The translations under genes were made by a program, and so were the position numbers. A stretch of DNA of 64,000 nt from Klebsormidium nitens (lineage: Eukaryota; Plantae; Klebsormidiophyceae): NCBI GenBank assembly GCA_000708835.1, contig DF237043.1:148382-212381 (forward strand), read 5' to 3'. The notes under the pieces are model-generated. The model saw only the letters and a list, made by a program, of their open reading frames with translations, was not told the origin of the DNA and made no database searches. The number at the start of each line of letters is the position of its first letter. Positions within the stretch are counted from its first letter, which is position 1. Of this stretch, positions 30,877 through 43,200 are shown one piece after another.

Positions 30877-31572
30877 TTAGGGCCTGTATATAGGCGGTTG
30901 GGCCCATGATTCGAAGGCGCAAACGAACTGAGAGCTAGGCAGATTTGAAGAATTTGATATCAGGGATTTCTGCATCTGCAAAGTTGGTGAACGAACTAGC
31001 GGACAACCTTCTGGCGGTCTGAGTAGATCTAGAGGTTCTCGACCGTCGGTTTTCAAATGGGAGCGCGAAATCGACGGCGGGTTCAAGAAGAACTGGCGCC
31101 AATGTGGCAGCTGATGTGGCAAATTGGCTGTCTTTGATTTGTCCAAAAGCGACAAAAGATCTTCATATCCACTTTCCTGGACAAGATACTTGCAACTTTT
31201 GGCCTTTTGGAAGATTTTTTGCTGCAAAAGAAGGAAGCATTGGATTTTGGAGAGAGAGTAGACTCTAGAGGCGGCCTTCACGCTTCTGGAACTTGGAAGA
31301 TTTCTCAAGGCCTCTACAATCAGAATTGCAACTGACGTGGGCGCACTCTCCTTGTGGAAAGGCGATGGTGAGTACCTCTGGTAGAATTCTGAGATTTTTC
31401 TGAGCGCATAAAGAAGCTGGGTGCTGAAATTGGGTTCTTCACCAATATCACAGTATTGTCCCAGATGTCTAGCTTCTATCCAGCCCCGAAGCAATGTATC
31501 ATTGGCCAGTTTGTGATTGAACCGAGAGGCAATTGAAACCTCTGCTAGGAGACCATAGTTAGGGGCTGTCAT
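30877..31572 (-). CDS. Hypothetical 231-aa ORF, unrecognised
   Basis: A 696-bp open frame in otherwise stop-rich intergenic DNA. An acceptor-like TCTCAG lies immediately before the ATG on the minus strand. No motif recognised. Confidence 0.3.
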   Translation of the reverse strand: MTAPNYGLLAEVSIASRFNHKLANDTLLRGWIEARHLGQYCDIGEEPNFSTQLLYALRKISEFYQRYSPSPFHKESAPTSVAILIVEALRNLPSSRSVKAASRVYSLSKIQCFLLLQQKIFQKAKSCKYLVQESGYEDLLSLLDKSKTANLPHQLPHWRQFFLNPPSISRSHLKTDGREPLDLLRPPEGCPLVRSPTLQMQKSLISNSSNLPSSQFVCAFESWAQPPIYRP

Positions 31573-31920
31573 GTCTGAGAGTTGCGTGCAAAGAAGATAT
31601 CAGTTGAGTTGCTTGGCCAAAATGTGATGAAAACCAAAGGCAAGAGAGAGACCTTTCTAAAGCTAGAAACCCATGGAGGGCTTTTATGTATCAGAGTTGT
31701 GTGCAGTGTGCATTGTGTTAGTTGGCTTGTAGTGTCTGCACCATTTTGGTACTTTTTGCGGCCTTCTGCTTTCACTCTCCTTGCTCATACACTATGTTTG
31801 AATGCCATGAAACCTGCGGCATGTGCCTTGGTCTGCTGGTCAAAGAGCAGCCAGAAGCACTGAGTCCAACTTGCTCCCTTCAATTGACCCTAACACCACT
31901 TCGTCTTAGAAACGCAGACT

Positions 31921-34900
31921 TTGAAATTGTGGGGAGCGCTGCATTCTGGTAATGGCGCTGCAACCACCGTTGCGACACTTTCATATTGTCAGAGCGGAAT
32001 TGATGACCTTGCTCCATTATGTTTGCAGGCTCTCTCCACAGTCTCGCAGCTGGGGTCGTTGGTCCAGAATATAGGGTTCACCTCAACCAGTCGAACTCAA
32101 GATTCAGTGGGCCCATCCACAGCACAGACTTTGGCGCCTACTCTTCGGCAAAAGCACTCAGCCCCATCCGCAGCATTGGAGCTCCATAACTGCAGAAACT
32201 GGGGCGCACACAAAGCACAGAACTTTCTCAGAGGTCAATCGGTGAGGCGGTCAGCGGCGAAAAATGCACCGGCAGCGGGCATTCAGATGTCGGGCGGAGA
32301 CGAGAAGCTTCCCAGCCTGTACGAGTTGCCGCTGACGAGTTTTATCGACCAAAGCGGTTACATTAACCCGCCGGTGGAGAAGAACACGGAGGCCAGCGTG
32401 TTTGCGGTGCTGGATGAGGCGAAGAAGGTGCAGTACATCGGGTTTTCCAAGGACGTCCGGAACTCGCTGCGGACGCTTTTGTGTCGGAGGCCGGACAAGT
32501 GCCACTACTACAAGCTGCATAACCTATCGGTCCTGGACCAGCAGCGCATGATCGAGATCAGGAACTCGGTGAGCGATGCCTCTTTCTCAACAGAAATCTT
32601 CCATGGGGAAGCTGGAGACATGCTCGAGTCCATGAGTAGGCAGCATTCTCCTCAAAAAAAGCCGCTCAGCATCGACTTTCCACATTTGTACTTGGCGTCG
32701 TGTTCCTCATTATGCTACCACCTCATCAAGAAAACAAGTAAACGCAGAAGATCTCGAGTTCTAAGTCAAATTGAGCCTGTTTGGCACAGGTCATGCAGGT
32801 CTAGACTTAACAGCGACTCCTAGCGGGCGGAAAGTCCTTGAAGCAACTATGAACATTTGAGCAGTCAAGACCACGAAACCAACAATGGCCTGTATGGAGG
32901 CCTCCTTATCATGACGGTGACGGTACCAATCTGAGGCTGTTCTAACCCTAGATTGTAGGATGCGAGCTGCTCATTGCCTGAGCAAGATGGCTGTGGACCA
33001 TTTTTCAATATGAAGGACCATATTGTGACCGATTTTGTGGCGGCGTTCGTGCAGTGGTCGTCAGAGCTCGGTCTACCTCCCCCGGGTAACGCAGACCCGT
33101 ACCAGAAGAACCAGTGGGAAAAGCCTGTCGATGCTGGGTCAATTTCGGAGAGGGGGATGGCTGCTGCGGGCGCCTCAAAAGCAAAGGCGCTGCTTGGAGA
33201 GATGCAAGCCAGGGGGCTCAAGGAAGAGGTCAGGGCTGTGCGAGACTCGGTCCGCTTTGAGTCCAGGCTATGCAATTGTGGGAAAGGGAGTGTCGAGCAT
33301 CGCCTCAAAATTGGTACTTTGTCAGGTCTATGTTGAAGATGGATGACGTGTCTCCCTGCGGAAGGACGTAAGGCAACCAAAAATGTCAAGAGGGTAAACT
33401 GAATTGTCAGGAATTCTTTCTGCAGAAGTTTGAGCTTGAGTATGTCCTTGAAAAGGCAAACAGGGATCAAAAGGACTACTTCTTGACGACTTTGCGGAGG
33501 CTGCCACTAGAAGGTCAAATATTGGTGGCATCATCTGTCTATGCACACCACTTGCTCATTGAGGCCGCACTTTTGCAGATGATCTACGACCCAGCCTTGC
33601 TGGAGAGGGGCAGATGCGATGTTCTTCCGGTGAGCCACATGGGTCCATTCGTTTGCTGTGTATTCATACTGACGGGCCTTTTCTACCCAATTACATGATG
33701 AATAAAAGGGGGCAGTTTCGCCCGCCAGGCTTCTGTCGAAATTCTTGGGGATTCGTTCACAAAGAACAGCTGCCACAATTAATTGAGGCAGGTGTGAAGC
33801 GGATTGCAAACAGGGCAAGCAGAAAGAAGAGGTGGACAGCTGCGCAAGAAAGGAAAGTTGGTCCATTTTAGTTCTCAAGGATAGAAAGAAAGGCATTCCT
33901 GCTTTTGAGCTTCATCATAACAGTCCCCCTTGGGATGAGCATGGGACTCGCTTGAGTTCCAGGCTCTCAAACTTTGATTCCTAGTCCGAGGAATTGGCGG
34001 CATGTCGAGCAACTGTGTCTGTTTACCGCTGGGCTGTTGACAATAGACTGGCGTCCAACTGGAAAACGCAGACAGAGGGAGAGTGGTGAAGGACCAGTTC
34101 CACTCTTCTGAAGAGTCAGCCATTTCAGATCATTGCAAGTAAAAGGCAATCACGCCGAATCTGCAAAACTGTGGAGGAACTGTGCGTAAAGCTGAAAAGG
34201 TGGTGTTCTCGTGTATTCAAATTTCAGGCAGCTGATTTGTTTCCAACCAGGCTGGAGGCCATTAAAGACTCTTGGTCCGCATTCGAGTGCAGCTGAAGGT
34301 TAAGATGGTCCGAGAAGCATACCAGCCACTCACTATACCCGGTTCTGGATTGTTGCACTTCCAAGGCAAAGACCATTGAGAAGGTCCAAGCTGCTGAAAG
34401 AACTGAACGCTAACTCGAAACCAATCACGACGTTTTGGAACTTAAGCAGCCACCAACAAACCTGGTCACTGCGATATGGAGTCCAAGCAGAAGTCCTCTG
34501 AGGAGGTCCAGGCCGCTGAAAGCAAAGGACGCTACCTGACATTAACCACGCCGTTATCGAACTTAACCAGCCTAAAAACCTGGTCAATGCAGTCCAAGCG
34601 GAAGTCCTCTGAGGAGCTCCAGGCTGCTGAATGCAAAGCACGCTTACCTGAAATCAACCACGCCATTTTCAAACTTAACCAGCCACTAACAACGTGATCC
34701 ACGCTGCTATGCAGTCCAAGCAGAAGTCCGCTGAGGAGCTCCAGGCTGCTGAAGACAAAGCACGCTAACCTGACATCAACCAGGCCGTCATCGAATTTAA
34801 CCAGCCACTAACAACGTGTCCCCCTGATATGCAGTCCAAGCAAAAGTCCGCTGAGGAGCTCCAGGCGGCATCGGACTTGGAGGCGGAGCGGAAGTCGAAC

Positions 34901-36362
34901 GAGCGCCACGTGTCAGCGGTGGCCATCGACGGGGAGAAGATCGAGTTCGACATCACATTCACCATGAAGTACAAGACGAACGGGGGCTGGATGTACGACG
35001 TGTCAGTCAGCCACCAGGACAGGGTCACCACGTGAGTTGGCCGCTCTCTGCGGTTGTTTCTATCCTGGTAAAGGGAGCTTGCTTCTCAGTGAAAGGACGA
35101 ACAGGCGATGCTGACGTTAGCTGCGACTGCAAAGTTCGGGCAGGCATGCGATCTGGTATGCTGCAATTGCGCCAGACTTTGATTGTGTAAAGTGCTGAAC
35201 GAGGGTCAAGACGGGCTTTGAAGTTTACTGCGGTAGCAACGCTGACGGTGCGGGTTGGTTGCATGCCTACTTTCTTTCCCGGCATCCGATTGGATCAGCC
35301 TCAAAAAGATGACGCTTTGAAATCATATCTATATTGGACCAATGTCGTTATTGTCAGATCGTCGGAACTTTTTGCCAGTCCGAAATGGTTGCGAGGCCAG
35401 TTTGAAAAGAACTCTGTAGTCGTCCTCTTTGGCTTCATTATCCGCGTGATGGCCATAGAGAGAATGGCGTTCTGGAGGTCGAGTCCGCACTGACCATAAC
35501 GAGCAGTGCATAAGCAGCGATATCTCGAGTTGCTGAACCCTTTTTCCAGAAGAAAAGAGGCCCGACGCCCTTCTCAATCCAAAATCTGTGAGCTGAGACT
35601 TTCAAAAGGCCAAGTGCAATCTGTCTGTGATATGCCCGGCTGCGGCTATCAGAGCTCCAGTTTGGAATTTCTCCCTTTGGGTATGGTTGGCAACGTGCCT
35701 TGTTTGAACGAGTGGGGACTTCCTCTGGTGTTGCGTGCAGGCATCGTGTGTTGCTGGGGCAGCCAATGATTGACCTCACCAAATTGGAACCTGAGGTTAT
35801 CGTCGAACGAACCTTTGCGTATTTGCTGGTAAGCTCGCCTTCTTGCCAGTCTGCTTCGGCCGTTCAGTTTTTGAGTTATCATCAAAAAACTTGACTGGCA
35901 GACAATCAACTACATGAAGCTTACTGGAGGGACCGTCGAATCAGAACCAGCGTTAGTACCTCCGGCAGTGATTTGAGTATGCGGGGCGTTTGGAGACTCT
36001 CGCGCTGTGTACATCATCGACTTGTGTATGCCTGCCGAACCTTCGTTTGCGTGCTCTCACTACACTACTGACACTGATCGAGTTCATCGCCAATGCCCCT
36101 TCCTTTGCACCCTTTGCAGAGTAAAAGAATTACACGCCAGACGGAGGGGCTTCTGCACAGTGAGACATTCCCGATCAATTACTTCAGTGTGTCGGAAGTA
36201 GAACAGTGGTTCGACGATTTCAAGATCATGTTTGACAACCAGGAGCTGGTGGGTAACTACTGGCGTTTCAATCGGCTGTACGATTACGGGGCTGGCTACT
36301 CTGATTCGCAGCCGGAGCTTGGTCCTCAAGGGGACGATAAGCAGAAGGCGTTTAGCTGGTAG
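31921..36362 (+). CDS. GIY-YIG-like protein (GRXS16 N-terminal/cyanobacterial type) with an extra C-terminal domain; at least 6 exons, start unresolved
   Basis: Exons ?-32568, 33055-33228, 33579-33629, 34834-35031, 35741-35828 and 36120-36362 splice in frame (phases 0,0,0,2,0). The N-terminal domain reads SVFAVLDEAKKVQYIGFSKDVRNSLRTLLCRRPDKCHYYK...NSWSSELGLPPPGN...WEKPVD. A transit-peptide-like stretch precedes it. The true ATG was not identified; the start given is the ORF-track start. Confidence 0.75.
34290..34870 (+). repeat. Tandem array of about 5 units of 111-122 bp (intron 3' end + acceptor + exon start)
   Basis: Exon-start copies TCCAAGC[AG][AG]AAGTCC begin at 34482, 34593, 34715 and 34834 (functional), with a more decayed copy near 34361. 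Each is preceded by an AACCAGCCACTAACAACGTG-like intron sequence. Confidence 0.9.
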
Positions 36363-36783
36363 TTAGAGGGGCCGAACTGTTCTGAACTTCCGGTCAGTTT
36401 GCAGTACGGCTGAAGCTAGTAGGTCAATTAGAATAAAAGACGCACTTGGCATACCCTTTGAGTTCTGGAGCTTTTGAACGGACTGTAGTAAATCTGCCTC
36501 AGAGAGTTCAGTGGCAATTATCGCCAAGTTACAGGTACTCTCGCCAATTTACAGGTTTTTGGGTCAGCAAAGGCACCAAGCTGCACAGTCCTTGTAAACC
36601 TCGCTCGCAGGAGTTGAGGCACGTGTACAATAAAAGTGTCCCTTTCCAACATATCCAGGGGCGTTAGTATCTTGATTTGTGCCCAGCTTTATCCCTATGA
36701 AAGTGGATGTTCATATCCACTTCGAATCGTTTCTCGACTAGCTAACCTTTGTTCGATTGCATGAGTGAAAGTGACAGTAGAAC

Positions 36784-37302
36784 CAGTGTTTCCCCTAATT
36801 ATTTTGATTGCTGGCCGCCGGGCCGGCCGGGGCCTGAGTTTGTCGACCCGTTGGGCCGGGCCGACATCGCCATTGCCGGCCCAAGTCCCACCGCAATATA
36901 TGGTAATCTCGCGCGCGCACCCCACATTATAACTTTTACAGTTTCTGCTCCAGTTTCGTAATCTTTTATAAGTCTCTAGCTTTTTAACGTGAGAAATATC
37001 GACCAACTTCCTACCTCACCTACCGAGGGGCTTATTTTGTGCTAGTTCTGGCCAGAAGTACCCGGGGGAGTGTTTTTCTTGGGACCAAAACCTTGAATTG
37101 TCATCAAATTCTATTCTCTTTAAACACTAAATACGATGACAGTGGAGCCAAAAATGTCACATGAACTTTCATTGCCGGCCCAAGAGGCCGGCCGGTGCCC
37201 CGCAATGCCGGCCGGATGGGCCGGAGGCCGGCCCCCATTGCCGGCCCAATTTGACCATTGCCGGCCATTTTACCAGAGAGTGGGCCGGCAGGAGAAACAC
37301 TG
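36784..37302. mobile_element. hAT-type MITE, 519 bp
   Basis: TIRs CAGTGTTTCCCCTA and CAGGAGAAACACTG match at 12 of 14 positions. A perfect 8-bp TSD AGTAGAAC lies at 36776-36783 and 37303-37310. The subterminal motif CATTGCCGGCC repeats at both ends. No ORF. Confidence 0.9.
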
Positions 37303-37589
37303 AGTAGAACTGAGAATAGTCATAGCGCATGTAGTCAGCCTGTGTACGCGTAATATACGACTGGTAATAATGGTACGAATGGTAATATACGACGTACTGC
37401 AATCTTTAAGTTCTCAAAGCAACCGTCGGACTGTTAGTTAACCCTTAGTAATATACAATCGTTTGGAAGCAGGCTCGCAGGCCTGGCAATAACTTATAAG
37501 TAACTTGTATCGACCCACTGAACATTTTCGAGCTCACCGCATCATTGGGCCATCATGCATGCATTGGGTATATTTATGTAACATGAGCC

Positions 37590-38918
37590 CTCCACTCTGG
37601 CACCGCCGTATATCCGGAGCTTAGCGGGGTCGAAGTTCCGTTTTTGGCTTTTGCGGATGACGTTGTTCTGCTGTCGACGAGTGCGGCGGGGCTGCAGAAA
37701 AAGTTGGGGCTTCTGGAAGAGTTCAGTAAAGAGAGTGGGCTCCCGGTAAACCTTCAAAAGACGGAAGTTGTGGTCTTTGGGGGTCAGTTCGCTGTGCAGA
37801 AAGTGAGGAACGAGTTTCAGTATGCGGGAGAGCGGGTTGCAATTGCGCAGAGCTATCGCTATTTGGGGGTGCAATTTCATTGCAACGGCAATTTTCGGGA
37901 GGGGGTCCAGGTTCTGGCGGCGGCCGGGCGGAAAGCAGCTTTCGCTCTGGAGCAAAGGTGTGCGGAGTTGGGGGCGCGAAGGATAAGGACGCGGGTCGGT
38001 TTGTTTGACGTGCTCGTAGGGCCGATTCTGCAGTACGGGGCGGAAGTATGGGGCCCGGGGTACGGTCCAAGGTGGGGGTGGAACGGGGACGGGGATTGTG
38101 TGGAGAAAGTCCACCGGGCGTTTTTGCGGGGGCTCTTGCGGGTCAAGAAGTCGACTCTGTCCAAGGCGGTTCTAGGCGAGTTCGGCCGGTTCCCTCTGGT
38201 TCTGCCTAGATGGGAGCAGATCTTTAGATTTGTTAATCGAACCGCGAACCTTCCGCAGGATCGACTAGCTCGGTTGGCCTTAGAGGAATCCAGGCGCATG
38301 TGGGCGGATGGTGAGGGAGGGTGGTTTGCAGAAGTCGTGGCAAAGGCCAGAGAGTTAGTTTTTGACGACAAAATTGTGCAGGGCTTTGATGTGAAGTCTC
38401 TCCGGAGTCTATCAGAATTTGCATACATGCAAGATTTGAGAGAAGAGCACGGTCGTAAGTACTGCACGTATTTTGAGGAGGTGAAGCAAGGCTACTCGTA
38501 TGAGCCCTACTTAGACCAGATAGAGCATGCGCCGTTTCTTCATGCGCTAGCCAAGTTCAGAGTCGGAGCTCATAATTTGGCTATTGAGACCGGAGCCTGG
38601 CAGGGGGTACCTAGAGCCGAAAGGTATTGTGCCTTGTGTGCAACGGGTGAAATAGAGGACGAACATCACTTCGTGTTCACTTGCCCAGTGTATACTGACC
38701 TCAGGATAGACTTCCCATATATCTTTCAGGATAGAGGAGAGATAAACTTGAGAACGTTCCTTAGTCTACAAGATACTTACGTGATAGGAAAGTATTTGCA
38801 CTTAAGCTTTGCATTAAGAGCGAGTTTAGTGCAGAGTTAGTAAATAGAGACATTCGTCGACTTAGCCGACCACGGCTCCGAACCGACGTTAAATCAACTA
38901 AATCTAAAATCTAAATCT
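37590..38918 (+). mobile_element. 5'-truncated non-LTR retrotransposon (LINE; RTE-X/L2/CR1-like group), RT C-terminus plus 3' end
   Basis: An uninterrupted ORF runs to 38840 with FADDVVLL (YADD motif), YRYLGVQF, R...KFRVGAHNLAIETG and C-x2-C...EDEHHFVFTC. A short 3' UTR contains a hairpin and is followed by an AAATCT-type tandem tail at 38891-38918. No TSD found. Confidence 0.88.
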
Positions 38919-40055
38919 ATAGCTCCCAACAAGACCGCCGGGTACGGTACCCAAGATCGAATCAAGCTTCAAAATAGGATATTCGAACCCCGCGTACATT
39001 TAAGTTCGGGCCGATTTCACCCCCATCCTATTCAACATGCACGTCCTCGGACTCAAAGCTTTGCATGAAATTTTTCTCTGAAAGTTTGAGAACCTGAGCA
39101 ACCGGCCAGGGTAATAGCACGAATGTTGTCCATGTTTTGCTAGCTAGGTCGTGGCCATTCGCTAGCTCAAGTTGCCAATCTTTTAAGCATTGAATGTCGT
39201 CATTATCGATTCAAGCAGGGTAATACCGTGCAGAGGTACTATAGCTCGCCGTACGTGCATGACTTGGGTGCGTTCGGTGCATCATTCTGGTGATATAGAA
39301 GGAGACGACAATGATCTGTATGTGCTTAGCTTCCAAGGAACCTTCCATAAAGAAGGGTCGTTGGCGCATAAAACTCGAATATTATCTACTCAGGGACGAT
39401 TTCAATACGATTTGTCTTCAAGTACTGAAGTGGCAGGAACTGACGATTCCGGGTAAGCATGACTATTTTTGGATGCTCCATAAATATTTTGGAAGGCTGT
39501 AAGAGACATGGAACAAGCATGGAACAAAATACTAATCTGGCTGCTGCATAAATGGGGTGCCGACAATTTATCACATATCCTACATTATTTCAACTTAGCA
39601 GCATAATCTACAATGGCGGCCGCAATGGTCGATATCCTCAGAAGAGAAGCAGTAGAAGAGGAATGAGCAGCTCAGTGGTGCAGGACCCGAGCAGGACTAT
39701 CCTTTTGATCAACAGGTTTCGCTCACCTTGATGACCTTGATGATCATTTTCCAAGGTGGAAAGGTGGAATCATATTTGAATATTTCTCCTCTCTTCGTAA
39801 GTGAAATCTCGCTTTACACATCATGACCTTCACACATGGGAAACCCTGGTACAATTACAAGATGCGCGTTGGAACCTCAGCTGGGACGTTGTGGAATGGA
39901 TGATCAACATGCTGGCAGAGTTCACTGCGCTCGATCTGATGGCGGAGCGCGGGCGCTGGCGGAGCGCGGCCGCGAGCGGCGCGCCCATTATGCGGCGGGT
40001 TTTGTAGAGGGTTTAGGGACTGGAGACGGTCAAAAACCGCGCGTGACCTGCGCGC

Positions 40056-40068
40056 ATCCAGAAGGTTC
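40056..40068 (+). promoter_or_regulatory. Putative heat-shock element upstream of FKBP62
   Basis: aTCcaGAAggTTC is three alternating nGAAn units with one mismatch, about 230 bp upstream of the ATG. Confidence 0.45.
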
Positions 40069-40298
40069 TATTTAACTTTTAAGTTCTACTACTAGATAGA
40101 AACTGAAAAGCAATTGGGGCTTGTTCATTTCCAAACATTGCATTGCATTGCAGGGCGCTTGCAGCATTGCAGGGACCGCGTTATAGATTGTTCTTTGCTG
40201 CAAGTGAGAGATTCAGCAACAGAAGAAACCCTTCCGCATCTGCAAATCACTTTGAGATTTTTCTACTACTTTATTTTAAGTGCTGCGCCGCCGTTGCG

Positions 40299-43200
40299 AT
40301 GGAAGATCTCAATCTCAACACGCCGCTGGAGGCAGGGGACGACGAGATGGACACCGCTGCCTGGGAGCCAGAGAAAGAGGGCACCGAGATCAAACTCACG
40401 GATGACGGGGGTGTGAAGAAGAAGATTCTGAAGAAAGGAGAGGGCTACCTCATGCCGGAGACTGGCGATGAGGTCACCGTGCATTATACTGGCACCCTGC
40501 TGGATGGAACAAAGTTTGATTCAAGCAGAGATAAAGACCGCCCGTTCTCTTTCACCCTGGGCAAAGGTGAGTTGCATTGTGGCCTGAAACCTTTTTTTGA
40601 GAAATGTTGGCACTGGCGAAGAGAACGGCCTTTCCTTCGAATGAAATTTGGTGGTTGTGGTTCCTGAATATTGATACTTTGTTGGTTGGGTGCATCCTTC
40701 TTCCAAATAAAGCGACTTGCTTGGCGGCATTTGTCAGTTCTGCTGATGAAAGCAATTCTTTCGGCGTTCCATCAGCCTCTGGTTGTTCCGGAAGAGGGTT
40801 TATGGTGGTACCATTTGGCAAGAGGTGCAAGAGGTGGAAGGTATTACACCATTGTCGCGTCGGAGGAAGCGCGGGTAGACCAGCGAGATAAATCCTTTTG
40901 ACTCTTTTGGTAGCAAGTTCTGTAAAAGGCAGTCGCTGATGATGCCCCCTATGTTCCCTTATTTTGATTCAGCTGTCGTGTACTCAGGTCACTACTGAGA
41001 AATTGTCCTTGAGATTTTATCAAAGGGTTTGGAAGTGATGTGGAGTGCCTCAATCTGCTGACCAATGGCTCTTCTCTTGTAAGTTGCAAAGTAGGAGCGT
41101 CTGTGGTTGCATTTATTGGACAGCCTGATTCCACATTTATGTCCCAGCCTCTTTAGGAGTTTTTGATGCTTGAAAGATGCGCATTGCAAATTTTAGACGA
41201 GCTTGGTGGCCATCAGCTTCAGTAACGACTGTCCGTAGACTTGGGCTGATAGGTTCTCTTTTCTTGGTTTATTCACTTCCTTTGCTCTTGTCGTCCTCAG
41301 GTATTCCGACTCCTATTTTCCTTGTCAGGCACCCGACTTGCCAGTCAAGCTGCAGCCCAGCCACCTCCTTCTGCAGGGCTTGGTCGCCTGCCAGCCCGCC
41401 AGGTGGCGCCACGCCATTGACCGCATCCTGCAATCGCAGCCCGCTCGATAACTTTTGTCTATTCAAACAGTACACATCTTCCTCATTGCATTCACATGAT
41501 TCCAATTTCCTGCGCAGGCCAAGTTATCAAGGGCTGGGACACCGCCGTTGCGACCATGAAGAAGGGCGAGCGCGCCATGCTTACGATCGAGTCCCAGTAT
41601 GCCTACGGCGACGCCGGCGCGGGCGACTCCATCCCCCCCAACTCGACGCTCAACTTTGACGTCGAGCTCCTGTCCTGGAAGAGTGTGAAGGATATTACGG
41701 GAGACGGGGGAGTCATTAAAACGGTGGTGGCGGAAGGGAAGGGCTATGAGAAGCCGAACGGGCCGGACGAGGTTCTGGTCAACTACACGGTGAAGGCAGG
41801 GGGGGAAGTTGTGGAGGAGACCAAGGAAGGGGGTGAGTGGTTGTGTGGCTGTCTTCGCAGGAGTATCGTTTTCCTTTCTGTGGTCTTTTTGCTGACTTTA
41901 CAGGCATGTATGTGGCCTTTTTGCTTTGTCTCGCATGTTTTCTCTCTTCCGAGATTGCTGTTCAGTTGAAAGTACCCTGGTTACCATTGGGAAGAAGATG
42001 TAGGTTTTGTGAAAGCCAGTCGCCTCATCTCGTTGATGGCAGCCGCTGTTGACGAGTACACCGGCTGGCTTTGTTGGGGAGACTGAATATATTCATACAT
42101 CAAATTCTTACTACCAGAGTTTGCCCTTACTTGGAACAATGACTTGGCTTAGTCAATTTGTCAGGCAGACCTGAAAAGCTTCGACCATGAAATCCTTGTC
42201 ACAGCCAAGAGTTTGTCTTTACTTGGAACAACGACGTTGCTAAGACATGTCATGCAAATCAATCCTGCCCTGCTCTGCTGGCTGGCGGATCTGGTAGGAC
42301 TACACCAGCTGGCACCTTCGCCAAAGGTCGCAAGCGAGCTCAAATGCACTCGATAGACTGTGCTTTTCTTGACGGATTGGAATCTGCTTTTGTATGCAGG
42401 TTTGGAGTTCTCGCTGGAGGACGCCAGTGCTGTGCCCCCCGCCGTCAGCAAGGCGGTGGCCACGATGAAGAAGGGCGAGAAGGTGTCCCTGCAGGTGGCG
42501 CCAAAGTACGCGGCCCGCCCCGGCGAGGTGCAGAGCAAGGGCGTCACCATTGACCTGGAACTGGTCTCCTGGAAAACGGTGAGCACAAATTCCATCCTTC
42601 TACGTCAGCCCCCCAGGCTAGAACAGAAGCCATCTGCCTTCTTCTTTCAGTTAATGTTGCCGTCGTGGAAGCCGGCTCTATCGGTTTCCATGCTAATATC
42701 CCGTTGGAAATTGACTTCTCAAACTGCCAGGTTTCCAGTGTTTATCGGCAAGGAAAAGCTCGCAGAATGTGTCCTCTCGGGAGATTCGTCGATGGAATTG
42801 TAGGCTTTTCAAGTCATGTGTCAAGAAGGGAACTTCCAGAAAATATCCGACGTGTTTGAGGCTTAGCGTCTCGTTTGCTGTCCGCAGTTCTCTCTGCTCG
42901 GTCAAAGTACCACAGCCCGCGAGGGAGAGTTGCCGGCAAGGGCCCTCTTTGTCTTCCAGCTTTACCGTCATTTGGATTCATCTTGCTATCGCCCCCAAAG
43001 TCAGATGTTCTCCATCACCACCGCTTAGTCGTAAGTCTCAAAGTGAGACCATTATTCAGCTCAGCAAACATGCTCCATTTCCTTTCCCCGTCACCATCTC
43101 CTTCCTCGCCACTCCCTCCTTACCACTTTGACTTTTTCTTACCACGTGTTCTCTCTCACTTCAGGTTTCCAAGGTGTCGGAAGACAAGAAGGTGATGAAG

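Noticed and set aside
34290-34870. CRISPR-like array
   Set aside because: The whole unit is repeated with no unique spacers, the period is about 120 bp, the context is a eukaryotic intron and no cas genes are present.
37542-38467. Minus-strand ORFs of 190 and 196 aa
   Set aside because: They are antisense to the LINE RT ORF and have no independent motifs.
38970-39000. tRNA T-loop-like GGTTCGAAT on the minus strand
   Set aside because: No acceptor, D or anticodon stems could be folded around it.
40006-40020. Telomere-like GGGTTTAGGG (also near 1826-1843)
   Set aside because: Only 1-2 units are present, with no array and no exact telo-box.
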